The position numbers were made by a program, and so were the translations under genes. Source: a virus (Duplodnaviria > Caudoviricetes). Taken from it: a stretch of 27,540 nt of DNA. Positions 8,881-16,992 of this stretch are shown here, in pieces (the first letter of the stretch is position 1; the number at the start of each line of letters is the position of its first letter). The stretch covers positions 1-27,540 of IMG/VR virus record IMGVR_UViG_3300034407_004086, one strand, 5' to 3'. Below the pieces are notes generated by a model. The model did no database searches and was not told the origin of the DNA. It was given only the letters and a program-made list of their open reading frames with translations.

Positions 8881-9282
8881 ATGTCATATTATATTAAAAA
8901 CAACAATTCCAATTCTTTTTATTCATTACTAGATTCTGTATTTGATGGTATCTATTATGCCGATTTAAACGTTAAAAGAAAATCCAACATTATCGATCAA
9001 GAAGATTCTGTTACTATAGAAATTGAAGCAGTAGGATTAAATAAAAAAGATATCGACATACAGACAAAAGAAAATATATTATATGTATCATACAAAAACG
9101 AAAATAAAGATGCAAAAAAATACTCTCAACAAGAAATATTTTTCGACTCCTTCGAGAATAAATATAAATTACAAAATAATATAGATTCCAAAAACATATC
9201 TGCAACAATGAATAATGGATTATTGAATATAAAAATACCTAAAATTAAAAATAAAACAAGTGAAAGAATAAAAATAGCTTGA
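8881..9282 (+). CDS. Small heat-shock protein, Hsp20/alpha-crystallin family
   Basis: IEIEAVGLNKKDIDI...F...YKL...ID...ISATMNNGLLNIKIPK and C-terminal IxI (RIKIA). Confidence 0.9.
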   Translation: MSYYIKNNNSNSFYSLLDSVFDGIYYADLNVKRKSNIIDQEDSVTIEIEAVGLNKKDIDIQTKENILYVSYKNENKDAKKYSQQEIFFDSFENKYKLQNNIDSKNISATMNNGLLNIKIPKIKNKTSERIKIA

Positions 9283-9322
9283 CATTTTCTAGAAATAGTA
9301 TATTATAGTGTTCATTAATATT
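9279..9322 (+). promoter_or_regulatory. Sigma70-type promoter plus GTGTT-N10-ATG variant element upstream of the porin gene
   Basis: TTGACA(9279-9284)-16 nt-TATTAT(9301-9306); GTGTT CATTAATATT ATG(9323). Confidence 0.5.
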
Positions 9323-9976
9323 ATGAAAACAACAACATTAATTATTACAGCCCTTTTTGGGTTTTTTATCAACGCAGCTCTAGCAGGAAATCATACTCTA
9401 GGTACAAAGTACAGCTCGGATTATTTCTATCGAGGCGCGCTAAAGTCTCAAGAATCTATTCAGCTGAATGTCGGAACAAGCGGCAAAGCTCTTGGCTTAG
9501 ATTATTCCCTTGGAGCTTTCACGAACCAGTCTATTGACAATGGAACAGATACATACATCTTATCTGCAGGAGTCTCAAAGTCTTTTCTTGACAGCTTAGT
9601 TTCTGTTTATGCAGGAGTTAATCATGTTGAAGATGTAGATGGAGAAGCTCTTATGGAAGGAGCCTTAAGCTTTGAGTTTAACACTCTACTTTCTCCAACA
9701 GTTTCTGTTTTTAGAGATCTTGATCAAGATAACTGGACTACAGAGCTCGCAGTGTCCCATAGCGTAGATCTGACATTCGCTTCTTTAGGTCTTGGAGGTT
9801 CTGTTGGAAATACAGAAAATACAGCCTCTCAAGATGAGACTTATTATTCTATTGATGCAGGGCTATCTAAAGCTATTTCAGAAAAATCTGCAATCTCGTT
9901 AGATGTGTCAAGGGTTGACTCAGACTCAATCGGCGGAGAATATGTTTTAGGCTTAGGCGTTTCAGTTCAATTCTAA
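9323..9976 (+). CDS. Outer-membrane beta-barrel protein, TorF/Gcw_chp (TIGR02001)-like putative porin
   Basis: Signal peptide MKTTTLII...AALA, SDYFYRG..Q motif, alternating amphipathic strands, C-terminal LGLGVSVQF beta-signal. Start moved from GTG 9308 to ATG 9323. Confidence 0.75.
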   Translation: MKTTTLIITALFGFFINAALAGNHTLGTKYSSDYFYRGALKSQESIQLNVGTSGKALGLDYSLGAFTNQSIDNGTDTYILSAGVSKSFLDSLVSVYAGVNHVEDVDGEALMEGALSFEFNTLLSPTVSVFRDLDQDNWTTELAVSHSVDLTFASLGLGGSVGNTENTASQDETYYSIDAGLSKAISEKSAISLDVSRVDSDSIGGEYVLGLGVSVQF

Positions 9977-9983
9977 TCTATTT

Positions 9984-10226
9984 ATGAAAAATACAATCGA
10001 TACGATTAAATCATATGCAGGAGGCGTCACAAGCGTCTTGCTGTCAATTATCGGCCTATTGGTCGTAGCTCAAGTCGTCTTTGGCGCCGGAGCTCCTATT
10101 AACGTAATCGGCAACCTTCAGGATGTCGTAACAGGCTTTGTCGGAGAAGGCGCTTCCCTAGCAGGAATTATCACACTGCTGCTTTTGGTCGCACTACTCA
10201 AAACACCTAGTTCAGACAAAAGCTAG
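9984..10226 (+). CDS. Small two-TM membrane protein (80 aa)
   Basis: Two hydrophobic segments (VLLSIIGLLVVAQVVFG; LAGIITLLLLVALL) around VIGNL; 7 nt downstream of the porin gene. Confidence 0.8.
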   Translation: MKNTIDTIKSYAGGVTSVLLSIIGLLVVAQVVFGAGAPINVIGNLQDVVTGFVGEGASLAGIITLLLLVALLKTPSSDKS

Positions 10227-10248
10227 AGATATTTTAAATCTCATTACC

Positions 10249-10272
10249 AAGCCGCCTTCGGGCGGCTTTTTT
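10249..10272 (+). terminator. Rho-independent terminator with cUUCGg tetraloop
   Basis: AAGCCGCC-TTCG-GGCGGCTT followed by a T run. Confidence 0.9.
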
Positions 10273-10274
10273 GT

Positions 10275-10288
10275 GTGTAATATAAAAT
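10275..10288 (+). promoter_or_regulatory. GTGTA-N9-ATG element
   Basis: GTGTA ATATAAAAT ATG(10289), directly after the terminator. Confidence 0.6.
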
Positions 10289-10810
10289 ATGCGAAAATTA
10301 TACTTTTTAGTATTTTTATTTCATCAAGTTACCTGTTTGGGTTATAGCGTTAAAGACTTTCTCTGCGGATGTGATTACTGCAATACAATAAATCCATCGC
10401 AGCCACTCAGTATAGCCACTCACCACATGAATTGCGAATCTTTTAAAAAAAATAGCATTATGAAAAAATTAATAGAAGCGCAGGGTAAAAAAAATGTAAT
10501 GCAATCGACGCAACCCGAGTCAATCAAATCATTATCGCTGCATGATCAACTTGCTAAATCACAACACGAAAAACGTAATCTAGAAAAGAAAATACAAGAA
10601 AAAAACAACTTCATATCTATGCTGCAGCAGAGCTCTAGTTCTTTCATTAATGGTTGGATATATGAGCCAAAACATTTTCGATGGATATATGTCTCAAAAA
10701 CTTTTGCTCCGTATATTTACTCAGAGGAATTAGGTTGGATTTTCATTAAAAAAGAATATTATTATGTATACGATAAATCGCAATGGAGAAAAATACCAAA
10801 ATTAGATTAG
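10289..10810 (+). CDS. Putative secreted protein with CxCxxC, coiled coil and Trp/Tyr-rich C-terminus
   Basis: Hydrophobic N-terminus, LCGCDYC, LHDQLAKSQHEKRNLEKKIQEK, GWIY...RWIY...PYIYSEELGWIF. Confidence 0.65.
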   Translation: MRKLYFLVFLFHQVTCLGYSVKDFLCGCDYCNTINPSQPLSIATHHMNCESFKKNSIMKKLIEAQGKKNVMQSTQPESIKSLSLHDQLAKSQHEKRNLEKKIQEKNNFISMLQQSSSSFINGWIYEPKHFRWIYVSKTFAPYIYSEELGWIFIKKEYYYVYDKSQWRKIPKLD

Positions 10811-10823
10811 TGTATTAATTATT
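10810..10823 (+). promoter_or_regulatory. GTGTA-N9-ATG element
   Basis: GTGTA TTAATTATT ATG(10824). Confidence 0.6.
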
Positions 10824-13070
10824 ATGAAAATTATTGTTTTATTAGTTTTGTCATCACTATTGTCCTTTGGAGATGTTTTATATTTTAACGACGGGAATAG
10901 TGTTAGGGGAGAAATAATAGAGTCGAATAGTACGCATGTCATGCTAAAAAGAGCACACGACTTACAGCTTTTTAGAGTGCCTCTTAAGTTACTAACTAAA
11001 GACCATCGAGCTTATGTAAAAAATAATTTCCCGCCGAAACTTGAATACCTACCTAAATTCAAAAAACCTCTCTCCGAGAAAAACTTAGTTTCAAATGCAA
11101 GATATATAGATAAATTAATTGAAAACAAATTAAGATCATATAATCAAAGACCAAATAAAGAAATAGATGAGTCTACATTTTTGAGAAGAGCTTATTTAAA
11201 AATAATAGGCAGAACGCCCTCTTATAACGAAACCAACCTCTTCCTCGAAGACCGCGACAAAAATAAGAGAACAAAACTTATAGACAATCTATTGGCTAAC
11301 GAGGGATACAATAGTCACTGGTTTAATTTCTGGGCGGATATATTGAGGCTAAAAGATAGATTGAGTAATAGAATATCAGGGATTCCATATAAAAATTATG
11401 TTAAAGAATTCATATCCCAAAATAGACCTTATGATAAATGGGTCAGAGAAATGCTTTCTTCTTCTGGCCCTGTGTGGCAAAGGGGTAGTGAAGGGGTCGG
11501 GTATTTTGCTAGAGACGCAGGTATGCCTCTTGACAATATGGCAAACACAGTTAGAATTTTTCTTGGCACAAGTTTAGAGTGCGCGCAATGCCACGATCAC
11601 CCATTTGACAGGTGGACGCAAAAAGAATTTTATGAGATGGCTGCGTTTACTAGTGGTTCTACAAACCTTAGAAGAAAGGGGCTTGATAATCTCAATAAAT
11701 TCAATAAGCTAGTTAGAGAAGAGCAAAAAAGGCTAGAAGAAGTTGGTGAGCCACAGAAAGTGCCTCAAATTAGAAATGCATCAAGATCAATTCAAGATAT
11801 ATTACAGGCAGGACTAGATCAACCAGGATCAGGTAAAATTAATTTACCTAAAGATTATCAATATGATAATGCAAAACCAAACGAAGCTCTTTCGGGAAAA
11901 ACTCTTTTTGGTCATGAAATAGAACTCTCTAAAAGTGCTGGTTCAAGAGAATTATATGCAAGCTGGCTAGCTTCACAAAAAAATCCAAGGTTTACATCTG
12001 TAATTGTTAATAGATTATGGAAAGAAGTTTTCGGGATAGCTCTAATCGAACCAATAGATAATATGTTTGATGATACTATGGCGACAGACCCAGTATTACA
12101 ACTGCATTTAGAAAAAATTATGGTTGCATTAGAATACGATATAAAAGAATTCCTTAGAATACTTTATAACACAAAAGCTTTTCAAAGACAGTCTCCTTCC
12201 CGTGATATTGTCGCTAAAGATGAAAAAGATACTGCGATGCCAATAGATGTAAAATGGGTAATTGCTGGTCCGAATGTTGAAAAACAATCCATGAATGCAG
12301 TTCCATTTTTTTATCAAGGCCCAATTTTAAAAAGGATGAGTGGAGAGCAGTTATGGGACTCCTTGGTTTCTTTAAATTTTAATAACATAGACTCTAGAAA
12401 GCTTCAGCCAAATGATTCTGGGTATAGAGATTTTGAAAGACTTTCGGAAATGTCGGGGGAGGAATTACTTGAAGAATTACTATCTAAAATAAATAAAACT
12501 AAAAAGCCCGAATCCAAACAAAAATTCGGAGAACCAATTAATATAGATTGCCCGATTAAACCTGGCCGAGCTATTGACCCAACTTTATTAGCCTTGAATG
12601 AAAACGGAGAAACTCTTGCTTTCTGCTGTAAATCTTGCGTAGATAAATTCAACTCCCAGAAAAAACAACAAAGCAAAAACAATTTTGTAAAAGATCGAAA
12701 CTCTGTTCGCGCATCCGAATTAAGTTCTCCAGCGCCAGTAGGTCATGTAATTCGAGAGTTTGGCGGATCAGATCGCGAACAAATTGAAAACGCAAACACA
12801 CAGCCATCAACAACGCAAGTTCTTAATTTAATCAATGGTTTTGTAGAAACAAAGATCATAAACAATAAAAATTCTGAAGTAGTAAAATTAATAAAAAAAC
12901 AAAAAACATTAGACGATAAAATAAAAGTTGGTTTTAAATCTATTTTAAATAGAAAACCTTCTATATCAGAGTTAAAATTATTCAAAGACGCATTAATAAA
13001 TAAAGAAGATATATATAAAGAAATAATATGGGCTTTAGTAAATTCACACGAATACATTTTTATAAAATAA
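10824..13070 (+). CDS. DUF1549/DUF1553 (PSD1-type) secreted protein with CxxCH, SHD1-like N-domain and YHS/TRASH-like insert
   Basis: Signal peptide; FLRRAYL.IIGR.P, WADILR, NRPYDKWVREML, FLG..LECAQCHDHPFD (DUF1549); VIVNRLWK..FG..L, EQLWDSL, QVLNLING, IIWALVNSHEY (DUF1553). Confidence 0.88.
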   Translation: MKIIVLLVLSSLLSFGDVLYFNDGNSVRGEIIESNSTHVMLKRAHDLQLFRVPLKLLTKDHRAYVKNNFPPKLEYLPKFKKPLSEKNLVSNARYIDKLIENKLRSYNQRPNKEIDESTFLRRAYLKIIGRTPSYNETNLFLEDRDKNKRTKLIDNLLANEGYNSHWFNFWADILRLKDRLSNRISGIPYKNYVKEFISQNRPYDKWVREMLSSSGPVWQRGSEGVGYFARDAGMPLDNMANTVRIFLGTSLECAQCHDHPFDRWTQKEFYEMAAFTSGSTNLRRKGLDNLNKFNKLVREEQKRLEEVGEPQKVPQIRNASRSIQDILQAGLDQPGSGKINLPKDYQYDNAKPNEALSGKTLFGHEIELSKSAGSRELYASWLASQKNPRFTSVIVNRLWKEVFGIALIEPIDNMFDDTMATDPVLQLHLEKIMVALEYDIKEFLRILYNTKAFQRQSPSRDIVAKDEKDTAMPIDVKWVIAGPNVEKQSMNAVPFFYQGPILKRMSGEQLWDSLVSLNFNNIDSRKLQPNDSGYRDFERLSEMSGEELLEELLSKINKTKKPESKQKFGEPINIDCPIKPGRAIDPTLLALNENGETLAFCCKSCVDKFNSQKKQQSKNNFVKDRNSVRASELSSPAPVGHVIREFGGSDREQIENANTQPSTTQVLNLINGFVETKIINNKNSEVVKLIKKQKTLDDKIKVGFKSILNRKPSISELKLFKDALINKEDIYKEIIWALVNSHEYIFIK

Positions 13071-13086
13071 ATAAAAGAAAAAAAAT

Positions 13087-14385
13087 ATGAAAACAAATTT
13101 TAGTAATATAGATGAATTAGGAAGAAGAGAATTTATTGCACACGCCGCAAAAGCATGTTTTGGGGTTGGGTTAATGCCGATGGCTGGTTCCTATATCCAT
13201 AATAACGCACAAGCGCTCGAAGCGGGAACTAGGTTGGCTACCGCAAGACATGTGATTTATCTAAATATGGCGGGCGCGATGTCGCACTTAGATACTTTTG
13301 GAACAAAGCCAGATTGCCCTGACATTCAAGGGCCAACTAAATCTATCGCCACGAGTGCCGACGGTATATTACTTTCAGAGTATTTGCCTAAAACCGCACA
13401 ATTAATGGATCGCGCTTCAATCATCAAAACAATGGTAACAAGTCAAGGCGCGCACGAGCAAGCTAGCTACCTTATGCATACAAGCTATCTAAAAAGAGGA
13501 ACAATTGTTCATCCTACTTTTGGAAGTTGGGTGTCTAAACTTTCTGGTTCAATTAACGAAACAATCCCCTCTAATATCAAAATTGGAGGAGGAGGATTAG
13601 GTGCTGGATTTTTAGAATCTAAATATGGCCCACTATCAATAAATAATCCAAAATCAGGCTTAGCCAATAGTAAACTAGCAGGATATTTAGATAAAGAACA
13701 TTTTCAAGGAAGAATATCATTAATAGAAAAGTTAAATACAAATTTTGCTACAGAATTTCCGCAAAAACAAATAAGAGCATATTCAGATTTATATAAAGAT
13801 GCAATTAAATTAATGAACAGCCAAGATTTAAAAGCGTTCGATATATCCGAGGAGCCAGAAAATATACATCAGCAATATGGCACTTCAAATTTTGGACAAG
13901 GATGCCTGCTTGCGAGAAGATTGGTTGAGAATGGAGTAAGGTATGTTGAGGTGACCAGAGGCGGATGGGACACTCATGATAACAATTTCGAAAGGGTTGG
14001 TGAAAATTGCGCGGATATAGATGGAGCATTGAGCGCCTTATTAATTGATCTTGAAATGAGAGGTTTGTTGAGTGAAACCCTGGTTGTTTTAACTTCTGAA
14101 TTTGGCAGAACTCCAAATATTAATGGTAGAAGTGGAAGAGATCACTGGCCATATTGCTTTACTGCATTCATGGCGGGTGGAGGAGTTAAAGGCGGATTTT
14201 CTTATGGAGAAACAGACGACCAAGGCAGATCTCCAAAAGAAGGAAAACCCGTTAAACCAGAAGACTTAAACGCAACAATAGCATACGCATTAGGATTAAA
14301 AATTAATGATGTACAGTATTCCCCCTCCGGAAGACCTTTCACGATCGCAAATAAAGGAAAACCCTTGTTTGATGTTTTAGGGTAA
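13087..14385 (+). CDS. DUF1501 family protein with twin-arginine signal
   Basis: GRREFI Tat motif; VIYLNMAGAMSHLDTF, FGQGCLLARRLVENGVRYVEV..GGWDTH, SEFGRTP, GRDHWP, AGGGVKGG..YGETD. Confidence 0.9.
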   Translation: MKTNFSNIDELGRREFIAHAAKACFGVGLMPMAGSYIHNNAQALEAGTRLATARHVIYLNMAGAMSHLDTFGTKPDCPDIQGPTKSIATSADGILLSEYLPKTAQLMDRASIIKTMVTSQGAHEQASYLMHTSYLKRGTIVHPTFGSWVSKLSGSINETIPSNIKIGGGGLGAGFLESKYGPLSINNPKSGLANSKLAGYLDKEHFQGRISLIEKLNTNFATEFPQKQIRAYSDLYKDAIKLMNSQDLKAFDISEEPENIHQQYGTSNFGQGCLLARRLVENGVRYVEVTRGGWDTHDNNFERVGENCADIDGALSALLIDLEMRGLLSETLVVLTSEFGRTPNINGRSGRDHWPYCFTAFMAGGGVKGGFSYGETDDQGRSPKEGKPVKPEDLNATIAYALGLKINDVQYSPSGRPFTIANKGKPLFDVLG

Positions 14386-14386
14386 T

Positions 14387-14409
14387 AAAAAAGCCCCACT
14401 CGGGGCTTT
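14387..14409 (-). terminator. Rho-independent terminator between the convergent DUF1501 and nrdB genes (possibly bidirectional)
   Basis: AAAGCCCC-ACTC-GGGGCTTT; a T6 tail on the minus strand, only TTT on the plus strand. Confidence 0.8.
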
Positions 14410-14470
14410 AGTAATAAATGATGCTCTAAACTATAAATTAATATAATGACAGCTTAAACTTATTACTTGT

Positions 14471-15484
14471 TTAAAAATCATCCTCAAGAGAACCGCTTTG
14501 TTGATATTCCCTAACTCTTCTTTCGAAGAAGTTGCCCATAGCTTGTACATCGACAACTTCACTCAACCAAGGAAAAGGATTTTTATCACTAGGAAAACGA
14601 TAATCAAGACCTATACCTTCAAGCCTTCTATTTCCTATGAAGTGCATATACTCAACAAACATATCTGCATTTAAACCTAAAATTCCTGTGGGTAATACAT
14701 CGTGAGCGTAAGCTATTTCTAGTTCTACAGCTTTTTTCATATGTTCCACGAATTCGTTTTGAATTTCTTGAGTCCAGATTTCTGGATTTTGTTCAATTAG
14801 AGTATTAATTAAATATGTTCCAAACGCAATATGAGAGCTTTCGTCCCTTAGCGTATATTTAATTTGATCAGAAATTCCCTGCAATTTGTTTTGCCTGCCC
14901 AAAGCGAGTAGCATAGCAAACCCACTAAAGAAAAAAGTACCCTCGCAAACAATCCAATAAGTCAGGAAGTTCCTTAATATTTCTTGCTTACCTTCAATAG
15001 AATGCGCGTCAAAACCTTGCCTGCTAATATCGTTTGTGATTTGCATAAGAAAATCATCTTTAGCTTTTATGCTTGGAATTGTTTCGTATGCTGCGAAAAC
15101 TTCTTCTATATCTAAATCAAGGCTGTCGCAAATATAAACTACCGTAAGATTGTGAAGACTTTCTTCAAACGCTTGACGAAGTATGTATTGACGACATTCA
15201 GCATCAGTAACATATTTAAAGGCAGATAACAAAAGATTATTACCAACCAAAGACTCAGATCCAGCAAAAAATCCAAGACAGCGTTTAACAAGTAATTTCT
15301 CATCTTCTGTAATTTCATTGTTTTTCCATTGTTTAATGTCGTTCTGCATACTGATTTCAGTAGGCATCCAATTATTGGCACAACTTTTTAAAAATAAATC
15401 CCATGCATATTTATGCTTATGAGGTAAGATTCTATTGACTCCAGCAATATTGTCTGTTAATAATGTTCCTGTTTTTTCTTCCAT
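14471..15484 (-). CDS. nrdB: Ribonucleotide reductase small subunit with class Ic (R2c) signature
   Basis: Ferritin-like ligands E77, E108, H111, E181, E215, H218; W39; C-terminal NFFERRVREY. Glu as first ligand, Val115 at the radical-Tyr position. Confidence 0.93.
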   Translation of the reverse strand: MEEKTGTLLTDNIAGVNRILPHKHKYAWDLFLKSCANNWMPTEISMQNDIKQWKNNEITEDEKLLVKRCLGFFAGSESLVGNNLLLSAFKYVTDAECRQYILRQAFEESLHNLTVVYICDSLDLDIEEVFAAYETIPSIKAKDDFLMQITNDISRQGFDAHSIEGKQEILRNFLTYWIVCEGTFFFSGFAMLLALGRQNKLQGISDQIKYTLRDESSHIAFGTYLINTLIEQNPEIWTQEIQNEFVEHMKKAVELEIAYAHDVLPTGILGLNADMFVEYMHFIGNRRLEGIGLDYRFPSDKNPFPWLSEVVDVQAMGNFFERRVREYQQSGSLEDDF

Positions 15485-15523
15485 GATATAATATAACGTA
15501 TTAAATGAATTTTAAGTTCACTT

Positions 15524-15552
15524 AGTATACGATATATATACTAAAAAATCAA
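15524..15552 (-). promoter_or_regulatory. Sigma70-type promoter for nrdB
   Basis: Minus strand TTGATT(15552-15547)-17 nt-TATACT(15529-15524). Confidence 0.55.
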
Positions 15553-15575
15553 GAATAAAATGAATAATTTATTTG

Positions 15576-16643
15576 TTATCCCCAAATTTTAGACAGCAAA
15601 AAGACGAACGCACCAACTATAGCTGCAACTACGATTTTAAATAGGTTACTCTTCTTTTCTTTGGGCTCTGGCTCAGGTTCTGGCTCTGGCTCTGGCTCAG
15701 GTTCTGGCTCAGGCTCAGGCTCAGGTTCTGGCTCAGGCTCAGGCTCAGGTTCTGGCTCAGGTTCTGGCTCAGGTTCTGGCTCAGGTTCTGGCTCAGGTTC
15801 TGGCTCAGGTTCTGGCTCTTCTAATTTAATTTCTAAATACATCGGGCCAAGAGCGCCTAAATTTTGAGACACAAACAAAGAATCCTCCATATAAAAATAC
15901 CCATCATCCCCAAACCAAGATCCCCAGCTATTCTGGAATTCCCAATATAATTTATCCCCAATATACTTCCAGCCTATCATAGCTACTGCGTGACCGCCTA
16001 CAGCTTCCGAGTTTAAATACTTTTCAGTATCAACTATACCGTCAGAACGAACAGAATAAAAAGCTTCTCTAACTCTAAATGCATACCATAAAGGTTGTTT
16101 CATTAACGCCCCCTTTATTTGGTTAGATTGACGAGCAAGAATAAACCTATAAGATTTGATTTTTTTTGAAGCAGCATCTTCTGAAGCGCCTTCTTTTGGT
16201 AAAGAAGATTCATCCGCAACGTAAGGCCAAAACCTTTCGAAACAGCAACCTTCTTTCTGTACAGCCCTTGCTGCGCCTCTTATAGTCGTTCCCGAATAAT
16301 CTTCGCCAGCAAAAACATCGTGCTCTTTGCCCTTTTTGTATATCCACATTGGGCTAGACTCTTCTGCTTGAAATAATTCAGAAGAGCTCAATAAAACCCT
16401 CCCGCTATGACCCACGCAAGAACCTATTGATCCTTGATCTAAAACTTTTGGAGTTAAATCTCTTCTTGAAAATTCTTTAAGTTCGGGAGATGTAAATCTT
16501 ACACGCTCATGAGGCCAATCCCTTTCATCGGGTTTAGATTCCGGGACACTAAGTATCTTTTTTGAAAAAATATCCTTTTTAATTTTATCGGATACAACAT
16601 TATCTAGAAGTGTTTTCTTGATTGATTTTAAAATTCTACTCAT
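15576..16643 (-). CDS. Papain-family (C1A) cysteine peptidase with (EP)26 linker and C-terminal membrane anchor
   Basis: [10 protein letters not shown] (Gln/Cys), [10 protein letters not shown] (His), [15 protein letters not shown] (Asn); [16 protein letters not shown]. Start moved to ATG 16643, since the called GTG at 16658 is the GTGTA element. Confidence 0.88.
   Translation of the reverse strand: MSRILKSIKKTLLDNVVSDKIKKDIFSKKILSVPESKPDERDWPHERVRFTSPELKEFSRRDLTPKVLDQGSIGSCVGHSGRVLLSSSELFQAEESSPMWIYKKGKEHDVFAGEDYSGTTIRGAARAVQKEGCCFERFWPYVADESSLPKEGASEDAASKKIKSYRFILARQSNQIKGALMKQPLWYAFRVREAFYSVRSDGIVDTEKYLNSEAVGGHAVAMIGWKYIGDKLYWEFQNSWGSWFGDDGYFYMEDSLFVSQNLGALGPMYLEIKLEEPEPEPEPEPEPEPEPEPEPEPEPEPEPEPEPEPEPEPEPEPEPEPEPEPEPKEKKSNLFKIVVAAIVGAFVFLLSKIWG
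15663..15818. repeat. 6-bp tandem repeat x26 encoding (Glu-Pro)26
   Basis: Units (T/A)GGCTC / AGGTTC over 156 nt, with synonymous variation only. Confidence 0.95.
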
Positions 16644-16658
16644 ATATATAATATACAC
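16644..16658 (-). promoter_or_regulatory. GTGTA-N10-ATG element
   Basis: Minus strand GTGTA TATTATATAT ATG(16643), 6 nt after the terminator T run. Confidence 0.6.
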
Positions 16659-16664
16659 TATAAC

Positions 16665-16700
16665 AAAAAAAACCAGCTAACTATTAAATTAACTGGCTTT
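16665..16700 (-). terminator. Rho-independent terminator after the nrdA operon
   Basis: Minus strand CCAGTTAA-TTTAATAG-TTAGCTGG (one G-U pair) followed by T8. Confidence 0.7.
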
Positions 16701-16722
16701 AATTACGAATATAAATAAAAGA

Positions 16723-16992
16723 TTAACTTATATTATCTAATATACTTTGATATTTTTGTATATCTAATGCAACTCTAATTGACTCATCAGCTTCTACGTT
16801 TAAAGATAAATATTTTTTACCGCGACTAATTATTTCTTCCAGAGTTTTTGTATATGCATGCTCAGCATAATCTCTGTGCTTTTTATAATTAAGAGCTTCT
16901 ATATTAGAGTTTATTTTATCTAAATCTTTACGAATTAGATTGCATCTCAAAATAGCTTCTTTAAAAGCTTTTAAATGTTGATGTCGGGTCAT
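16723..16992 (-). CDS. Hypothetical helical protein (89 aa)
   Basis: ATG 16992 overlaps the nrdA stop (ATGA); start shortened from the ORF-track call of 17040. Confidence 0.65.
   Translation of the reverse strand: MTRHQHLKAFKEAILRCNLIRKDLDKINSNIEALNYKKHRDYAEHAYTKTLEEIISRGKKYLSLNVEADESIRVALDIQKYQSILDNIS

Noticed and set aside
15661-15867. (Gly-Ser)n ORF on the plus strand
   Set aside because: Antisense shadow of the (EP)26 repeat within the protease gene.
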